Shown here: positions 12,242 to 21,938 of the stretch, in pieces
Layout of the letters: each line of letters begins with the position of its first letter
Position numbering within the stretch: position 1 is the first letter of the stretch
Virus record (IMG/VR): IMGVR_UViG_3300033182_000047
Span: 1-39,748 of that record
DNA: 39,748 nt
Reading direction: 5' to 3' (one strand)
Source: a virus
Notes under the pieces: model-generated
What the model saw: the letters and a program-made list of their open reading frames with translations, nothing else
The model's database searches: none
What the model was told of the DNA's origin: nothing
Translations under genes and position numbers: made by a program

Positions 12242-15006
12242 GGTATAACGCCCATCTGATTCAGTAATGCTTCTTGGCTCTTTGTGGTTTTTTGTTCTAT
12301 CATGTACTGCTTCAAAAGTTCTGGATCATCCTGAGCCATAGCGCCTTTAAGTCTATCAAGGGCCATAGATTTAAACCTCTTTAATACTTCCTCAAGCGCA
12401 ACCTTCTTCCTTGCGTCATCCATATTCTGATACATATCAGACATGATGAAACTTTCAATCTGTGGGGCGTACTCACCCATGATTGCAGTCTGTCTCCTGT
12501 CCATTTCTTTGTTACCAGTGCGCGGATTCCAGATAGAATAATTGATAGCCAACCTGTCTACCTCCCTCTGTACTGGAGTCTTTGTCTGTAGGTTAGCACC
12601 AGTAATCTGAGAGGCTATGCCCCCGGGTATTGGGCCAATAGGCTGTTGCTCTATAACTCCGGGTCTTAGCGGGGAGCGTTTTGGCGGGAGCAGGGTTTCT
12701 GCGTAAGGAATATTTCTTAGTGTGGGGTTAAAAAGCCGCTCTGCGGTGGTATCTCCGCGAGTATCACGCACTACAGTATCGCCGCTGATTGCTTGAGCAA
12801 CGTCTTTAGCCTGTGCTAATGGAGTTGTAAATGCTCCAAACCAATCACCCATAAACTTAGTGAACTGCTTATTGGAGAATAAATCGCCAAAACTTTTTAT
12901 ATCTCCTGATCTGAGAATGTCACCAAGTATAAGACCAGTTCCACCAACCCTGTTTATTCCTGCGGCAACATCAAGAAAATCTCCCGCAGTAAGGGTAGAT
13001 GGCCTGTCTGGATTTTTTGCATCATCAATAACTTGCGCCATAAACAAGTATAAAGACATTGGAGCATAAGGTCTAGCGTCTATGTTAGTGGTAGTGCCAT
13101 CCTCATTCTCTACAACAAGTTCATACCACTTCTCACCACCCGCTTTGTCACGCAAGTCCATTGCCCATGCAAGCATGGTACTTCCTATTAAACCCCTTGA
13201 TGCGGCCTTGGCAAACTCCTTGGAGTTTCCTTTCGCTAAATCATTAACCACATTAGGGGATAAGGCTTTCATCAATCCGTAAGGAGAATGTTCTATCAGG
13301 AATGGGATAGAGTTTCCAAATACAAATCGCGGAAATGGATTAGAGATAGTATACAAGATGGGGAAATCATCATACATCTTTACCGCTTTCCTAGCCATCT
13401 TGCCACCAGAAGATGCAAACGTCATATCCAATGCGTGTTTGGTTGCTGTTTCCAACCACTCATTAGGTATCCTTTCAGGATTCATATCCTCCAGTCTAAC
13501 ACCGGCATCCCTAGCCAACTTCTCTAACTTCGCTTGGAACGCATACTTCCTGAACGCCCTTTCCTGAAACACGTTCATGGTATTAACAGCGCGGCTAACT
13601 TTATTTAATAAGGTTGCCTCGTTGACTGAGGTATAAAGCAGTTGGTCTTTGGTAAGGGGGTTTCCCTCAAGCACTTGATTAAGCAGTTCTTTATTCCTGA
13701 TCCCCGGCAATGCCATCATGTCTGAGCGGATAGAATTCCACATATCCCTCATACTTCCACCGCCAAGAATAGACTGCGCCGCATCATCAAACGATGCCAT
13801 AGTAATCCTGCCCACAGCAGAACTAGCGTTACGCATAGCAGTCCTTAACTGCGATACCATCATACCTCTGCGGAAGTTCTCCACACTACGCAAAACATTG
13901 AAGAACTTCTCCGTCTTGGTAATGGATTTATCTTTGGCTATTTGTCTAGCCAGTTCATCCAACTGATTCCTCATACCATCTGGAAGAGAGGGATCACGTG
14001 CCATTTGTTTAGCGGCTTGAGATAATACGTTAAGGCTTTTACCGGCCTCTCTAATAGAGGTTGTCCACGCCTTGACAAACTCATCAGGCTCCATGTTTAA
14101 ATCTTTGGTAAGCCTTGAGATACTGGATAGGGGGATTTCTCCTGAACGGATAGCCTCGTACATTACATCACCAACGTCTTTATACAGTCGTTGTTTGTCA
14201 CTACCCGCCGCATCCCTAATAGCATTAACTCTTTGCAAGAATGTTGGATTAGTAACAACATCTCTAGTAAGAGGTACGGATGCGCGGGGTACGAAAGCCC
14301 CATCCGCATCAGGTAAAACTTCTGCGGCTTCCCCCCCTTCTTCTACTACATCATCAACAAAACCATCATAGGTTTCCCTAGCCGCCGCATCTTCCTTAGC
14401 CGTTCTATAATTTCGTATATGTTCAGGAACATCTCTGAGTTGTTTAACAACACTCCCCGGCTGTACCATCTCTGTGCCTAAAGCGGCAATGTCACCAAGG
14501 AACTGTTTTAACTGGTAGTCACCACCCCAATCAGCAAGGCTCTCACCTACTACGGGGATATCACGAACACCAATCTCAGGATCAACTCCTGCGGCTTCAA
14601 GAGCCATACCTGTTCCCGCCTCTACCGGATCACCGGCAAAGGCTCTACCAAATCCAGTGACAGGAGAGAATAACCATTGCATAGAACCCATTACCGCATT
14701 AAAGGCGGCGGATGACATTTGCCCTGCCTTGAATTTAGACATGGCATCTTTCATCGCTCTCTGCCCTGCTATCCTTTGTTCTTCAGCAATATTAAATGCA
14801 CTACCGGCGGGGTCTAATGTTCCTGCTCTAACGCCTTCAAGCATTACGTCAAGAAATTCAGCCAAGGGGCCGGTCTTATTCTTAGAGTCCTGCTTCCAAA
14901 GGTGTTGCTTCAATTGCTCTTGGTGTCTGGGATTCGTCTTGTCAAAGTTATCAGGAACCTTTACAGTTCTCTTCCGCCCTTCAAATGTAACTTCGATTTC
15001 TTCCAT
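12238..15006 (-). CDS. Large (922 aa) virion-internal / ejection-type protein, function unknown
   Basis: Uninterrupted 2.8-kb ORF in the block between tail and lysis-position genes. No motif recognised. Confidence 0.8.
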   Translation of the reverse strand: MEEIEVTFEGRKRTVKVPDNFDKTNPRHQEQLKQHLWKQDSKNKTGPLAEFLDVMLEGVRAGTLDPAGSAFNIAEEQRIAGQRAMKDAMSKFKAGQMSSAAFNAVMGSMQWLFSPVTGFGRAFAGDPVEAGTGMALEAAGVDPEIGVRDIPVVGESLADWGGDYQLKQFLGDIAALGTEMVQPGSVVKQLRDVPEHIRNYRTAKEDAAARETYDGFVDDVVEEGGEAAEVLPDADGAFVPRASVPLTRDVVTNPTFLQRVNAIRDAAGSDKQRLYKDVGDVMYEAIRSGEIPLSSISRLTKDLNMEPDEFVKAWTTSIREAGKSLNVLSQAAKQMARDPSLPDGMRNQLDELARQIAKDKSITKTEKFFNVLRSVENFRRGMMVSQLRTAMRNASSAVGRITMASFDDAAQSILGGGSMRDMWNSIRSDMMALPGIRNKELLNQVLEGNPLTKDQLLYTSVNEATLLNKVSRAVNTMNVFQERAFRKYAFQAKLEKLARDAGVRLEDMNPERIPNEWLETATKHALDMTFASSGGKMARKAVKMYDDFPILYTISNPFPRFVFGNSIPFLIEHSPYGLMKALSPNVVNDLAKGNSKEFAKAASRGLIGSTMLAWAMDLRDKAGGEKWYELVVENEDGTTTNIDARPYAPMSLYLFMAQVIDDAKNPDRPSTLTAGDFLDVAAGINRVGGTGLILGDILRSGDIKSFGDLFSNKQFTKFMGDWFGAFTTPLAQAKDVAQAISGDTVVRDTRGDTTAERLFNPTLRNIPYAETLLPPKRSPLRPGVIEQQPIGPIPGGIASQITGANLQTKTPVQREVDRLAINYSIWNPRTGNKEMDRRQTAIMGEYAPQIESFIMSDMYQNMDDARKKVALEEVLKRFKSMALDRLKGAMAQDDPELLKQYMIEQKTTKSQEALLNQMGVIP

Positions 15007-15007
15007 A

Positions 15008-16162
15008 TTATTCTGGGAACACTAGTTCGCTGTTTCCTGCGGGGTTCTGCATTGACTTTCCAAGCAACTGCCACAACAAATTTTGATTCTGTTTCATCTT
15101 TACAGCAATCTGCTGTATGAGCGGAGCCAAAGCAGAATTCTGTTGCATTGCGCCAAGCGGCCCAAGTTCTTCCATGAGTTGCAAAGCCTTCATACGATCA
15201 GCATGACTTATATTTGGCAATTCACTTAATGCCATAATGGCGGCAAGTTCAGCAGAGGTGGATAGTTTACCTCTATCAGTTTGAAGGGGGGTATATCTAT
15301 CCCTCTCATTAGCAATCTCCCTGTCAGACCTAAACACCATTTTGCCTGTTTGGGTATCAAGAACCTGTTTAGTTGTTGGTGCTTTTGCAATAAGTTTAGT
15401 AAGCCTATCGCTTAATACATCTGGATCAAGTCCCATTTGACTAGCCTTTAGCATGGCATCGTCAAAGATTTTCTGTTGCGCGGCAAAGGTTAAACCCGGA
15501 GGGACTGGAGAAACTTGACCACCTTCATGAGCAAATCCTTCACCATCTCTTACAGCACGAATCTGCCTTAGTGCTTGATTAACCAAAAGATCGTAATCTA
15601 ACTCTTCTTGTTTTCTTGTCCTTTTCTCTTCCTGTTCTTGAGTGAACTTTATCTCAGCCCTCTTTTCACCACGCGCCGCCCTTTTCTCTGCGGCTACAGC
15701 CCTTTCCGCTGACTCTATGGCTCTTCGCTCTGCTCTAACGGCTCTCTCCTGCTCTTCTGTTCTGCCAATGTACTTAAAATACTTATCTACAATAGCCAAA
15801 CCCTTAGAACCTAGACCATAGGCATTAACAATAGCGGGAATCTCAGATTCTTTTAAAGGTCTGCCTAACTGTTGCTGAATTTTTTCAAGGGAGCGCATGA
15901 ACTCTCTAGCCGCCTGCTCATCAGCCGCTTTAGTTTGGGCGGAAGTAGGAGCATCACTATAGGTTGTGACTTCCATAGGAGCGCCTGCCCTGCGCCCAGT
16001 AGCCAGAGCAACAAACTGATTGAGTCTGTTGTAGTCTTGCACCATCTGAGCGGTCTTGGCTCTAGCGTCAAGCACAGCCTGACTGACAGGTGGATTAGCA
16101 AGTTCCTGTCTGCGCTTCTGTATATCGAAGGTTTGGAAATCGTCTATGTTAAAATCTGTCAT
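15008..16162 (-). CDS. Coiled-coil internal virion-type protein (384 aa)
   Basis: Arg/Glu/Ala heptad-like stretch ERAVRAERRAIESAERAVAAEKRAARGEKRAE. ATGA overlap upstream. Confidence 0.75.
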   Translation of the reverse strand: MTDFNIDDFQTFDIQKRRQELANPPVSQAVLDARAKTAQMVQDYNRLNQFVALATGRRAGAPMEVTTYSDAPTSAQTKAADEQAAREFMRSLEKIQQQLGRPLKESEIPAIVNAYGLGSKGLAIVDKYFKYIGRTEEQERAVRAERRAIESAERAVAAEKRAARGEKRAEIKFTQEQEEKRTRKQEELDYDLLVNQALRQIRAVRDGEGFAHEGGQVSPVPPGLTFAAQQKIFDDAMLKASQMGLDPDVLSDRLTKLIAKAPTTKQVLDTQTGKMVFRSDREIANERDRYTPLQTDRGKLSTSAELAAIMALSELPNISHADRMKALQLMEELGPLGAMQQNSALAPLIQQIAVKMKQNQNLLWQLLGKSMQNPAGNSELVFPE

Positions 16163-16635
16163 GAATAAAGTCCCTGTAGGAAGGGGGCATCCAATATATC
16201 CTTATCTCTTTTAAGAGGGCCAGATGCTATAGGAGTGAACCCCCTCATGCCGCTACCCGCTCCCACCATCTGAGGTCTTGGTGCTGTGGCTTGGCGATCA
16301 TCACCCATAGTAGCAAGTTCCATTAATTTATTTTGTTGTGCTTGCCTAATTTTTTCTTGGATATCAAACTGTTCTTGTAATTGAGCCACATCATTTGCGC
16401 TGTAAGTAGTCCCAGAATCAATAGTGGAGACTTGTGGGTTCTGTACTATGGGAGCATACCCTAATTGCGGAACTCCGGGGTCAATTGTATTAGGGCCACT
16501 AAACCAAGATTGTGGGGTTTTCGTTGTAACAGTTTGGGTTGATAATCCTGCCATAGGGGCGGTAGGTCTAACCCCAGCCCCTAATCCAACATTAGATGGT
16601 TGAACCCCAAATAAGTTTTGCGCTCCTGCGGCCAT
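16159..16635 (-). CDS. Gln/Pro/Gly-rich protein (158 aa), unknown function
   Basis: Continuous ORF. Start shares one base with the upstream stop. Confidence 0.7.
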   Translation of the reverse strand: MAAGAQNLFGVQPSNVGLGAGVRPTAPMAGLSTQTVTTKTPQSWFSGPNTIDPGVPQLGYAPIVQNPQVSTIDSGTTYSANDVAQLQEQFDIQEKIRQAQQNKLMELATMGDDRQATAPRPQMVGAGSGMRGFTPIASGPLKRDKDILDAPFLQGLYS

Positions 16636-17606
16636 CAGATCGCTCCGTAGTCAACGTACTTAATGCCATGAACCTCGCCAACAGCATGAGGATAAATACC
16701 TTCAACCTCTTGAGCCATGACACCTCTGCGTGGAGTAGAGTCGCCAATGTAGTTGTAGGTGTAGACGTTAAGACCTTTCCACTTTGTACCTTCTGGCACA
16801 ATGTTTTCCTTAACCCTAGCGTCTGACATACCCGCGAGTGTACCCGCGATACCCACAGCCTGACCGATCTGACTAAGTGCTGACGGCCCCGGTGAGGTCT
16901 GATAAGACTGGCTACCGTAGTTGCCCTGAATGGCTGAGATGTAGTTAGCCAAAGCCTGTTGAGGCATGGTGGCTTCATACTGGTATCTCGCCATGTCAGC
17001 ATCCATACCGCGCTGAGTCATTGCTCTACGCCTTGCGCCAACATCACCCATAGCGCCGTACATACTAAGAGGTGCGGCCATGATGGAGGGATATAATTGG
17101 CCTGACTGCAATGCCCTGTTCTGCGCTTGGTTATACGCATTGGTGTACATCTCTGCAATAGGTCTAGTCATTCCTGCTGTTACCCTGTTAGCAACAGCCT
17201 TCTCGTATTCCTGCTGTGCTTTAGATGAACCACCCGGTTGATACATAACCTGTTGCTGTCTAATGCCCGGTAGAACTTCATTCTGTAGATTGCTAATTAC
17301 ATTAGAGGTTAAGGCATTTACCATTGGGTTATATGCGCTAGGGTCTATCTTCCCACTTAACCCTTGGATAAGGCTTTGCTCTGCGGCGGCTTGCTGTGCG
17401 GCGGCTCTTGGCCCCATAGCATATCCAAGCGTTGCCTGTTGTGCCGCCTTTTCTGCGGGGTCAAAGCCTGCTACAGTTTCCCCCGGATAATATTCAGGGA
17501 CTTGATTAAACTGTTTTTCAGCCATGTCAAAGGCTTTAAGAAGGTACTTTTGTTGTCCCTTCCACGGCCCTGTTGACTGAGTTGTTACTTGAGTTCCACC
17601 ACCCAT
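16635..17606 (-). CDS. Gln/Ala-rich virion protein with C-terminal peptidase-S74 intramolecular chaperone (self-cleaving) domain
   Basis: Last 63 aa SDARVKENIVPEG...LNVYTYNY...RRGVMAQEVEGIYPHAV...IKYVDYGAI match the S74 signature SD-R-K-NI...AQEV..P..V...VDY. RBS gagga. Confidence 0.8.
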   Translation of the reverse strand: MGGGTQVTTQSTGPWKGQQKYLLKAFDMAEKQFNQVPEYYPGETVAGFDPAEKAAQQATLGYAMGPRAAAQQAAAEQSLIQGLSGKIDPSAYNPMVNALTSNVISNLQNEVLPGIRQQQVMYQPGGSSKAQQEYEKAVANRVTAGMTRPIAEMYTNAYNQAQNRALQSGQLYPSIMAAPLSMYGAMGDVGARRRAMTQRGMDADMARYQYEATMPQQALANYISAIQGNYGSQSYQTSPGPSALSQIGQAVGIAGTLAGMSDARVKENIVPEGTKWKGLNVYTYNYIGDSTPRRGVMAQEVEGIYPHAVGEVHGIKYVDYGAI

Positions 17607-17636
17607 ATTATGTTCCTCTTTTATTAACCACTTTAT

Positions 17637-18452
17637 TCAAACGATGTTAGCCGAACCTTCTGTTTCATCGCTATCTGATTCATCTTCCTCTGGTTCTTCA
17701 AAAGGCCCAAGAAGTTCTTCCCAATCTTCTGGCAAAGTCAAGCCTCCAAATGGATTGGGTCTGTAACTTACCTCACCCACACCAAACTGGTTGGGATCAT
17801 ACTGCCAAATGTTTCCGGGTACAAATGCCTGTTGGTATTCAGTAGTCCAAGGCTGATACAAAAGACCGCCGATATTAAATTGTTCTCCACCAGAAATAGG
17901 ATCGCTAGGGGCGGTAGGAAGAACCCTGCCCTCATCATCCAATGGAGGGAAAATAGCCTGTGGATATCTTGCTTGCGCACCACCTGTAAGCAATCCTCCA
18001 ACTGGCATATACTGTGACCAATCTTGAACGGCGGGAGCGGTATATTCTGTTTCGAGAATTGGAAAATATATATTGTTTGCAGGATATGGGCCTAGTTCCG
18101 GGAGGGGGTTAAGCAATCCGCCGCCTCCGCCAGATTCATGGGCGGGGGCAGAAGATACTCCGGGCATTGACCTACCTTCATTTCTTCCATATTGATTCCA
18201 GTGCATAGCGCCGTATTCGGATAAACTGATGCCCTCGTTTTTACCGCTAAGTGGCTCAGGAGCGCCCCTTTTCCAGTGTTTGTTATAGTTTTCCATTAAG
18301 TCAGGATGCTTTCTGACATAATCAGCATAGTTAGGATTCGTTACGCCTTGGCTACCATAAGGGGTGCTAAAGTCAACAGCATCCATTCGGTTAGCCGCCT
18401 CAATTTCCGCTATTTGTTGAGGGCTTCTTTTTTCTCCACCACCAAATGACAT
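17637..18452 (-). CDS. Virion-module protein (271 aa) with very acidic C-terminus
   Basis: RBS gagagga, TAATG junction. ...EEPEEDESDSDETEG tail. ADYVRKHPDLMENY...HWNQYGRNEGRS motif. Confidence 0.75.
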   Translation of the reverse strand: MSFGGGEKRSPQQIAEIEAANRMDAVDFSTPYGSQGVTNPNYADYVRKHPDLMENYNKHWKRGAPEPLSGKNEGISLSEYGAMHWNQYGRNEGRSMPGVSSAPAHESGGGGGLLNPLPELGPYPANNIYFPILETEYTAPAVQDWSQYMPVGGLLTGGAQARYPQAIFPPLDDEGRVLPTAPSDPISGGEQFNIGGLLYQPWTTEYQQAFVPGNIWQYDPNQFGVGEVSYRPNPFGGLTLPEDWEELLGPFEEPEEDESDSDETEGSANIV

Positions 18453-18871
18453 TATTGCATCCTCTCTTTAAGGTTCTTAGTGAACACTATGTAATTACTT
18501 TCCCAATCTGGTAACATTTTTTTCCACCCTTTTCTTCCCCACAATTCTAAACCAGAGCAACCAGTTTGTATTGCGAATGATTCAATCATGTCATTAAACT
18601 GACTATGAGTTTCTTTAAAGTTCTCTCCCGCTAACGCTATAATTCTTAGCGTTTTTCTTCTTGGGTACTCTATTATCTGAGTCACCATAGCCATTGTGAT
18701 TTCAGTATCTTCTACCGCTAACCACAAGTGCATATAACCATTAATGATGTTGTCAAGAAAGTCATCAGGAAGCAACTCCCCTTCTGTCTGATCTACAACT
18801 TTCTGTAACATCGGCCCAACTCTATCCCAAAGTTGTACAGCATCTTCGGGAGAAATTAATCCTGCTCTCAA
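18452..18871 (-). CDS. Conserved hypothetical protein (139 aa)
   Basis: TTG start overlapping the upstream stop (TTGA). Pattern LWDRVGPML...LWL...GRKGWKK recalls a small family seen in phage virion modules. Confidence 0.6.
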   Translation of the reverse strand: MRAGLISPEDAVQLWDRVGPMLQKVVDQTEGELLPDDFLDNIINGYMHLWLAVEDTEITMAMVTQIIEYPRRKTLRIIALAGENFKETHSQFNDMIESFAIQTGCSGLELWGRKGWKKMLPDWESNYIVFTKNLKERMQ

Positions 18872-19902
18872 AAATCTATCCTATATGTAGACATTATTCT
18901 ATCTTCCGAGTACCTTAAACTATACCCACCTGAGTCTAATCCTAACTCGTAACCGTTGTCATTTGCCTGTAGTTTTAGTTTCGGCTTGTACTTTAACATT
19001 GCGAAGAGGGTGGCTACTGCGATCCCAGAAACGACTAACTCCTTTTCGTGGCGTTGATACCACTTTTGCTTTCTTTTCCCCCACTCTAAGGTTTGACAAG
19101 ACGTTGTTCCTCTTCCGTTTCCTGTTCCAACAACTCCGGGGTAGGAGCAAGCAATGTCTCCAAACGCTTTCGCTCTTCCTGACGTTCCTTGGAGGTCATA
19201 CTCAGATACGACAACTGGTTTTCCAAACCGAAGAGCCTTCTCAATCTGTTGCCGGAACTGTTTCTCATTAAGGTTAAACCCTGTTTGAAGGTATATTATG
19301 TCTGCATCCTTAATGTACTCAGCCTTAACCCCCGGCGTAAGATGAACTCCTATTGGCTTGTTTGTTTTCTTTCTGAGTTCCCCTATCAGCGTAGATACAT
19401 CTGAAGGGCTGTAATATTCGTCACACTCAAGACAAACAACATAATGGCTAACAACATCATCAACCGCAGAAACAACTTGACTTTGGTAATCAATCTGGTT
19501 ATTTAATCCTCTATCATATAATTGTTGACTGTCATCAGAAATCAACCATACTATCGGAACAACACCATTAGAACGCAGAAGGCCAATACGATTCCGCCAA
19601 CTATCTCTATGAACACCATCAACTCTCCCAAAGTCGCTTGCCGTGCTTCTAGCCATGATATCAGCATGGGTATCCCCGCCGATCATACCTATAACACGGT
19701 TTCTCCAATTATCATCTAAGTCGTTTGACAACCAAGACAGGGTAGAGTATGGTGATATAAACCTTCCTTCTGGCTCACCTATAAGGAATGTTGACTTAAA
19801 GTCTGCGCTAGAGGGCTGTCCAAGTAGTGCCGTTATACCAATAAATGCCGTTAGCGCCAAGCGTATTACCCCAAGTGCCTGACGTACCATACCCTGCCGC
19901 AT
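18868..19902 (-). CDS. Signal-peptide protein with TIM-barrel glycoside-hydrolase-like core and C-terminal TM anchor (tentative)
   Basis: MRQGMVRQALGVIRLALTAFIGITALLGQPSSA-DF. Candidate catalytic Glu contexts CLECDEY and VVVSEYD. ELVVSGIAVATLFAMLKY near the C-terminus. 5' end overlaps 19808..20101 by 95 nt. Confidence 0.6.
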   Translation of the reverse strand: MRQGMVRQALGVIRLALTAFIGITALLGQPSSADFKSTFLIGEPEGRFISPYSTLSWLSNDLDDNWRNRVIGMIGGDTHADIMARSTASDFGRVDGVHRDSWRNRIGLLRSNGVVPIVWLISDDSQQLYDRGLNNQIDYQSQVVSAVDDVVSHYVVCLECDEYYSPSDVSTLIGELRKKTNKPIGVHLTPGVKAEYIKDADIIYLQTGFNLNEKQFRQQIEKALRFGKPVVVSEYDLQGTSGRAKAFGDIACSYPGVVGTGNGRGTTSCQTLEWGKRKQKWYQRHEKELVVSGIAVATLFAMLKYKPKLKLQANDNGYELGLDSGGYSLRYSEDRIMSTYRIDF

Positions 19903-20101
19903 ATCTTATATCGCCTTCTCTGCTTTTCTCCGGTTCTGTAAATGTAGGTTCCAATCTAAATACATCTAAGTTAAATATAATATCTGACAGTCTGTTTAAC
20001 TCATGGAAGAGGTAATCAGAGAGTTGATCGTTATTGATTGGCGCGGGGTTAGGAGTCCATCTAGTTACAGACTTTACATTCTTTGATAAAGCGTTAGCCA
20101 T
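19808..20101 (-). CDS. Conserved tail-module protein (97 aa)
   Basis: C-terminus REGDIRYAAG...WGNTLGANGIYWYNGTTWTAL fits a recurrent podophage family pattern (REG-I-YA...G-Y-Y-G--W--L). Confidence 0.7.
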   Translation of the reverse strand: MANALSKNVKSVTRWTPNPAPINNDQLSDYLFHELNRLSDIIFNLDVFRLEPTFTEPEKSREGDIRYAAGYGTSGTWGNTLGANGIYWYNGTTWTAL

Positions 20102-21938
20102 GTGACCTTGATCCTCTTAGTCCTCTTTTCTGTACTTCAAAGGCGAGGCCATGTAACTTCCAGTCAATGTCAGTATCAGACTCTACCTTGATACCAAAGT
20201 ATTTCCCGCTTACCCTGCATGATACCTTAGACTGAGAGTTAGGGTTAAAGGCTACTGGCCCTTCCCATGTAATACCCTCTTCCGTACTCATCTGTCTTCC
20301 AATGTACACGTTCACCGTGTTATCCCCACTCACCTCAATCTGGGGATAGACAGCAGATACAAACTTAACAGACTGTGGATCACCCAAGTCATATCCGCTT
20401 CTCTCAATGTAAGCAGACATAGAGGCTGTGTCTTTCTTGTTGCCCTTGTTGTCCCTGAATATCTTGGTGTTAGTGACATCAGCAAACACGATGTTCTTAA
20501 TTACGTTATCGTAGTTGGTAGCACCCCAAGGGTCTGAGTCGGCATCCCAAGTTTCGGATGAGGCATCCCATGTAGCACCAGTTGTAATCTCTACAATACC
20601 TGAGTTAATGTGAGAAGTATCAGGCAGATCGCGGAAGGAGAAGGTGTTATCCTTCCAGTTCCAGATCAGGGCTTTGTTTACTACAGTAGATGATCCTGCG
20701 GGATAGCAGGCCATCATTTCGTTTCTAACGTAGTCTGCGGCAACAAAGCACTTCTGGTAGTTGTCACCGTTTAACTCGTCGTAGACCGTCCTACGGAGCC
20801 TGTTAGACAGCATAGGAGTTACAGTCTGACCATTACATACATAGAAGTCAGAGTTACCCATGAAGAAGTGTCCACCCTCAAACTCCGCTACCGCTTCTTT
20901 AGACAGCAAGCCAATGGTAGGAGACAGGAGTTTAAACGAGAAGATGTACGGAGTACCAACATAGTTCATAATGTAGATACTGTCATCCTTGTAGATGATA
21001 AATGAGTCACCCAGAGGTAGACCGTCTATGATATCTCCCGGCGTATCTGAGAGTTCATATTCACCCGCATCTAGCGTAGCATCTGTTTCATCCCATGTAG
21101 AGGGGGGAGAGCCGTATGAGGCTTCTGTACTCCACTTAACTAGGCGTGGCTCTTCGTTGGCTCTTTCCCAATTAAGGCCAACAAGGAATGTCCTGAAGGA
21201 TCGTATTGACTTACACTTATTTCCAGTAGGCCAGTTACGCAACTCCATAAATGGGTTGGCTAGAGATGGAATACCACTGCTAAGAGGCCACATCTGGGGC
21301 GTATCATACCCATTAGTAGCAACAACCAAACCATTTAAGTTGGTAGCAGTCCACCTCTTGTCTGTAGTGTTAGCCCCATAGTCATTATCTGAAGTACCTG
21401 CGCTACCTGAAGGCGTAACAACAGCGTTATCAGGGTGGTCATATGTGGCCGTACCAGACAACGTAATCACGCCAGTACCAGTATCCCTAGCGGTGTAGGT
21501 TAGGGTTTCAAACTTGTTTGTACTAGCGTCTGATGTAATGTCAGTACCTATCTCTAGCGTACCACTGGCAGAAAGAGCGGTCAGCGCGGCTCCAGTGTCT
21601 ACTGTAATACTGCTATCCCCCGCAGTCACAGCGCCATTCAACTGTAGCGTGGTCTGTCTTACTACGTCAGTCCATGTAGAGCCATTCCATACCGCTATAT
21701 CTGTGGCTCCGTATGCAATCCAGTAGTATGTTCCTGCAACCGTAAGGTACGGATGGAGATAATAAGGGGCGAATGGACAAGTAGCCATCACCTCTTGGTA
21801 TCCAGCGACTTTCTTTACGCCGTTATCCAAGAGCCTTACATTGTTTCCATCAGACCATGCGTTAGGGGGAAGATTATACGGAGGGGTATCCTTTATAATT
21901 CCTATCTGGCCTAAGTTTTCGATAGGGACTAGGGGCAT
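20094..21938 (-). CDS. Large tail structural protein (614 aa; tube/nozzle-type, tentative)
   Basis: Long beta-rich ORF downstream of the fibre genes. ATG 21938 overlaps the upstream stop (TAATG), preferred over the TTG 21959 of the track. Confidence 0.75.
   Translation of the reverse strand: MPLVPIENLGQIGIIKDTPPYNLPPNAWSDGNNVRLLDNGVKKVAGYQEVMATCPFAPYYLHPYLTVAGTYYWIAYGATDIAVWNGSTWTDVVRQTTLQLNGAVTAGDSSITVDTGAALTALSASGTLEIGTDITSDASTNKFETLTYTARDTGTGVITLSGTATYDHPDNAVVTPSGSAGTSDNDYGANTTDKRWTATNLNGLVVATNGYDTPQMWPLSSGIPSLANPFMELRNWPTGNKCKSIRSFRTFLVGLNWERANEEPRLVKWSTEASYGSPPSTWDETDATLDAGEYELSDTPGDIIDGLPLGDSFIIYKDDSIYIMNYVGTPYIFSFKLLSPTIGLLSKEAVAEFEGGHFFMGNSDFYVCNGQTVTPMLSNRLRRTVYDELNGDNYQKCFVAADYVRNEMMACYPAGSSTVVNKALIWNWKDNTFSFRDLPDTSHINSGIVEITTGATWDASSETWDADSDPWGATNYDNVIKNIVFADVTNTKIFRDNKGNKKDTASMSAYIERSGYDLGDPQSVKFVSAVYPQIEVSGDNTVNVYIGRQMSTEEGITWEGPVAFNPNSQSKVSCRVSGKYFGIKVESDTDIDWKLHGLAFEVQKRGLRGSRSHG

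Noticed and set aside
10685-17576. Other plus-strand track ORFs inside the late arm (for example 10685..11035, 12860..13069, 13082..13966, 14072..14371, 14657..15120, 15872..16168, 16596..16826, 17263..17576)
   Set aside because: All are nested antisense in long continuous minus-strand genes that are joined by start/stop overlaps. None has a Shine-Dalgarno sequence or a recognisable motif.
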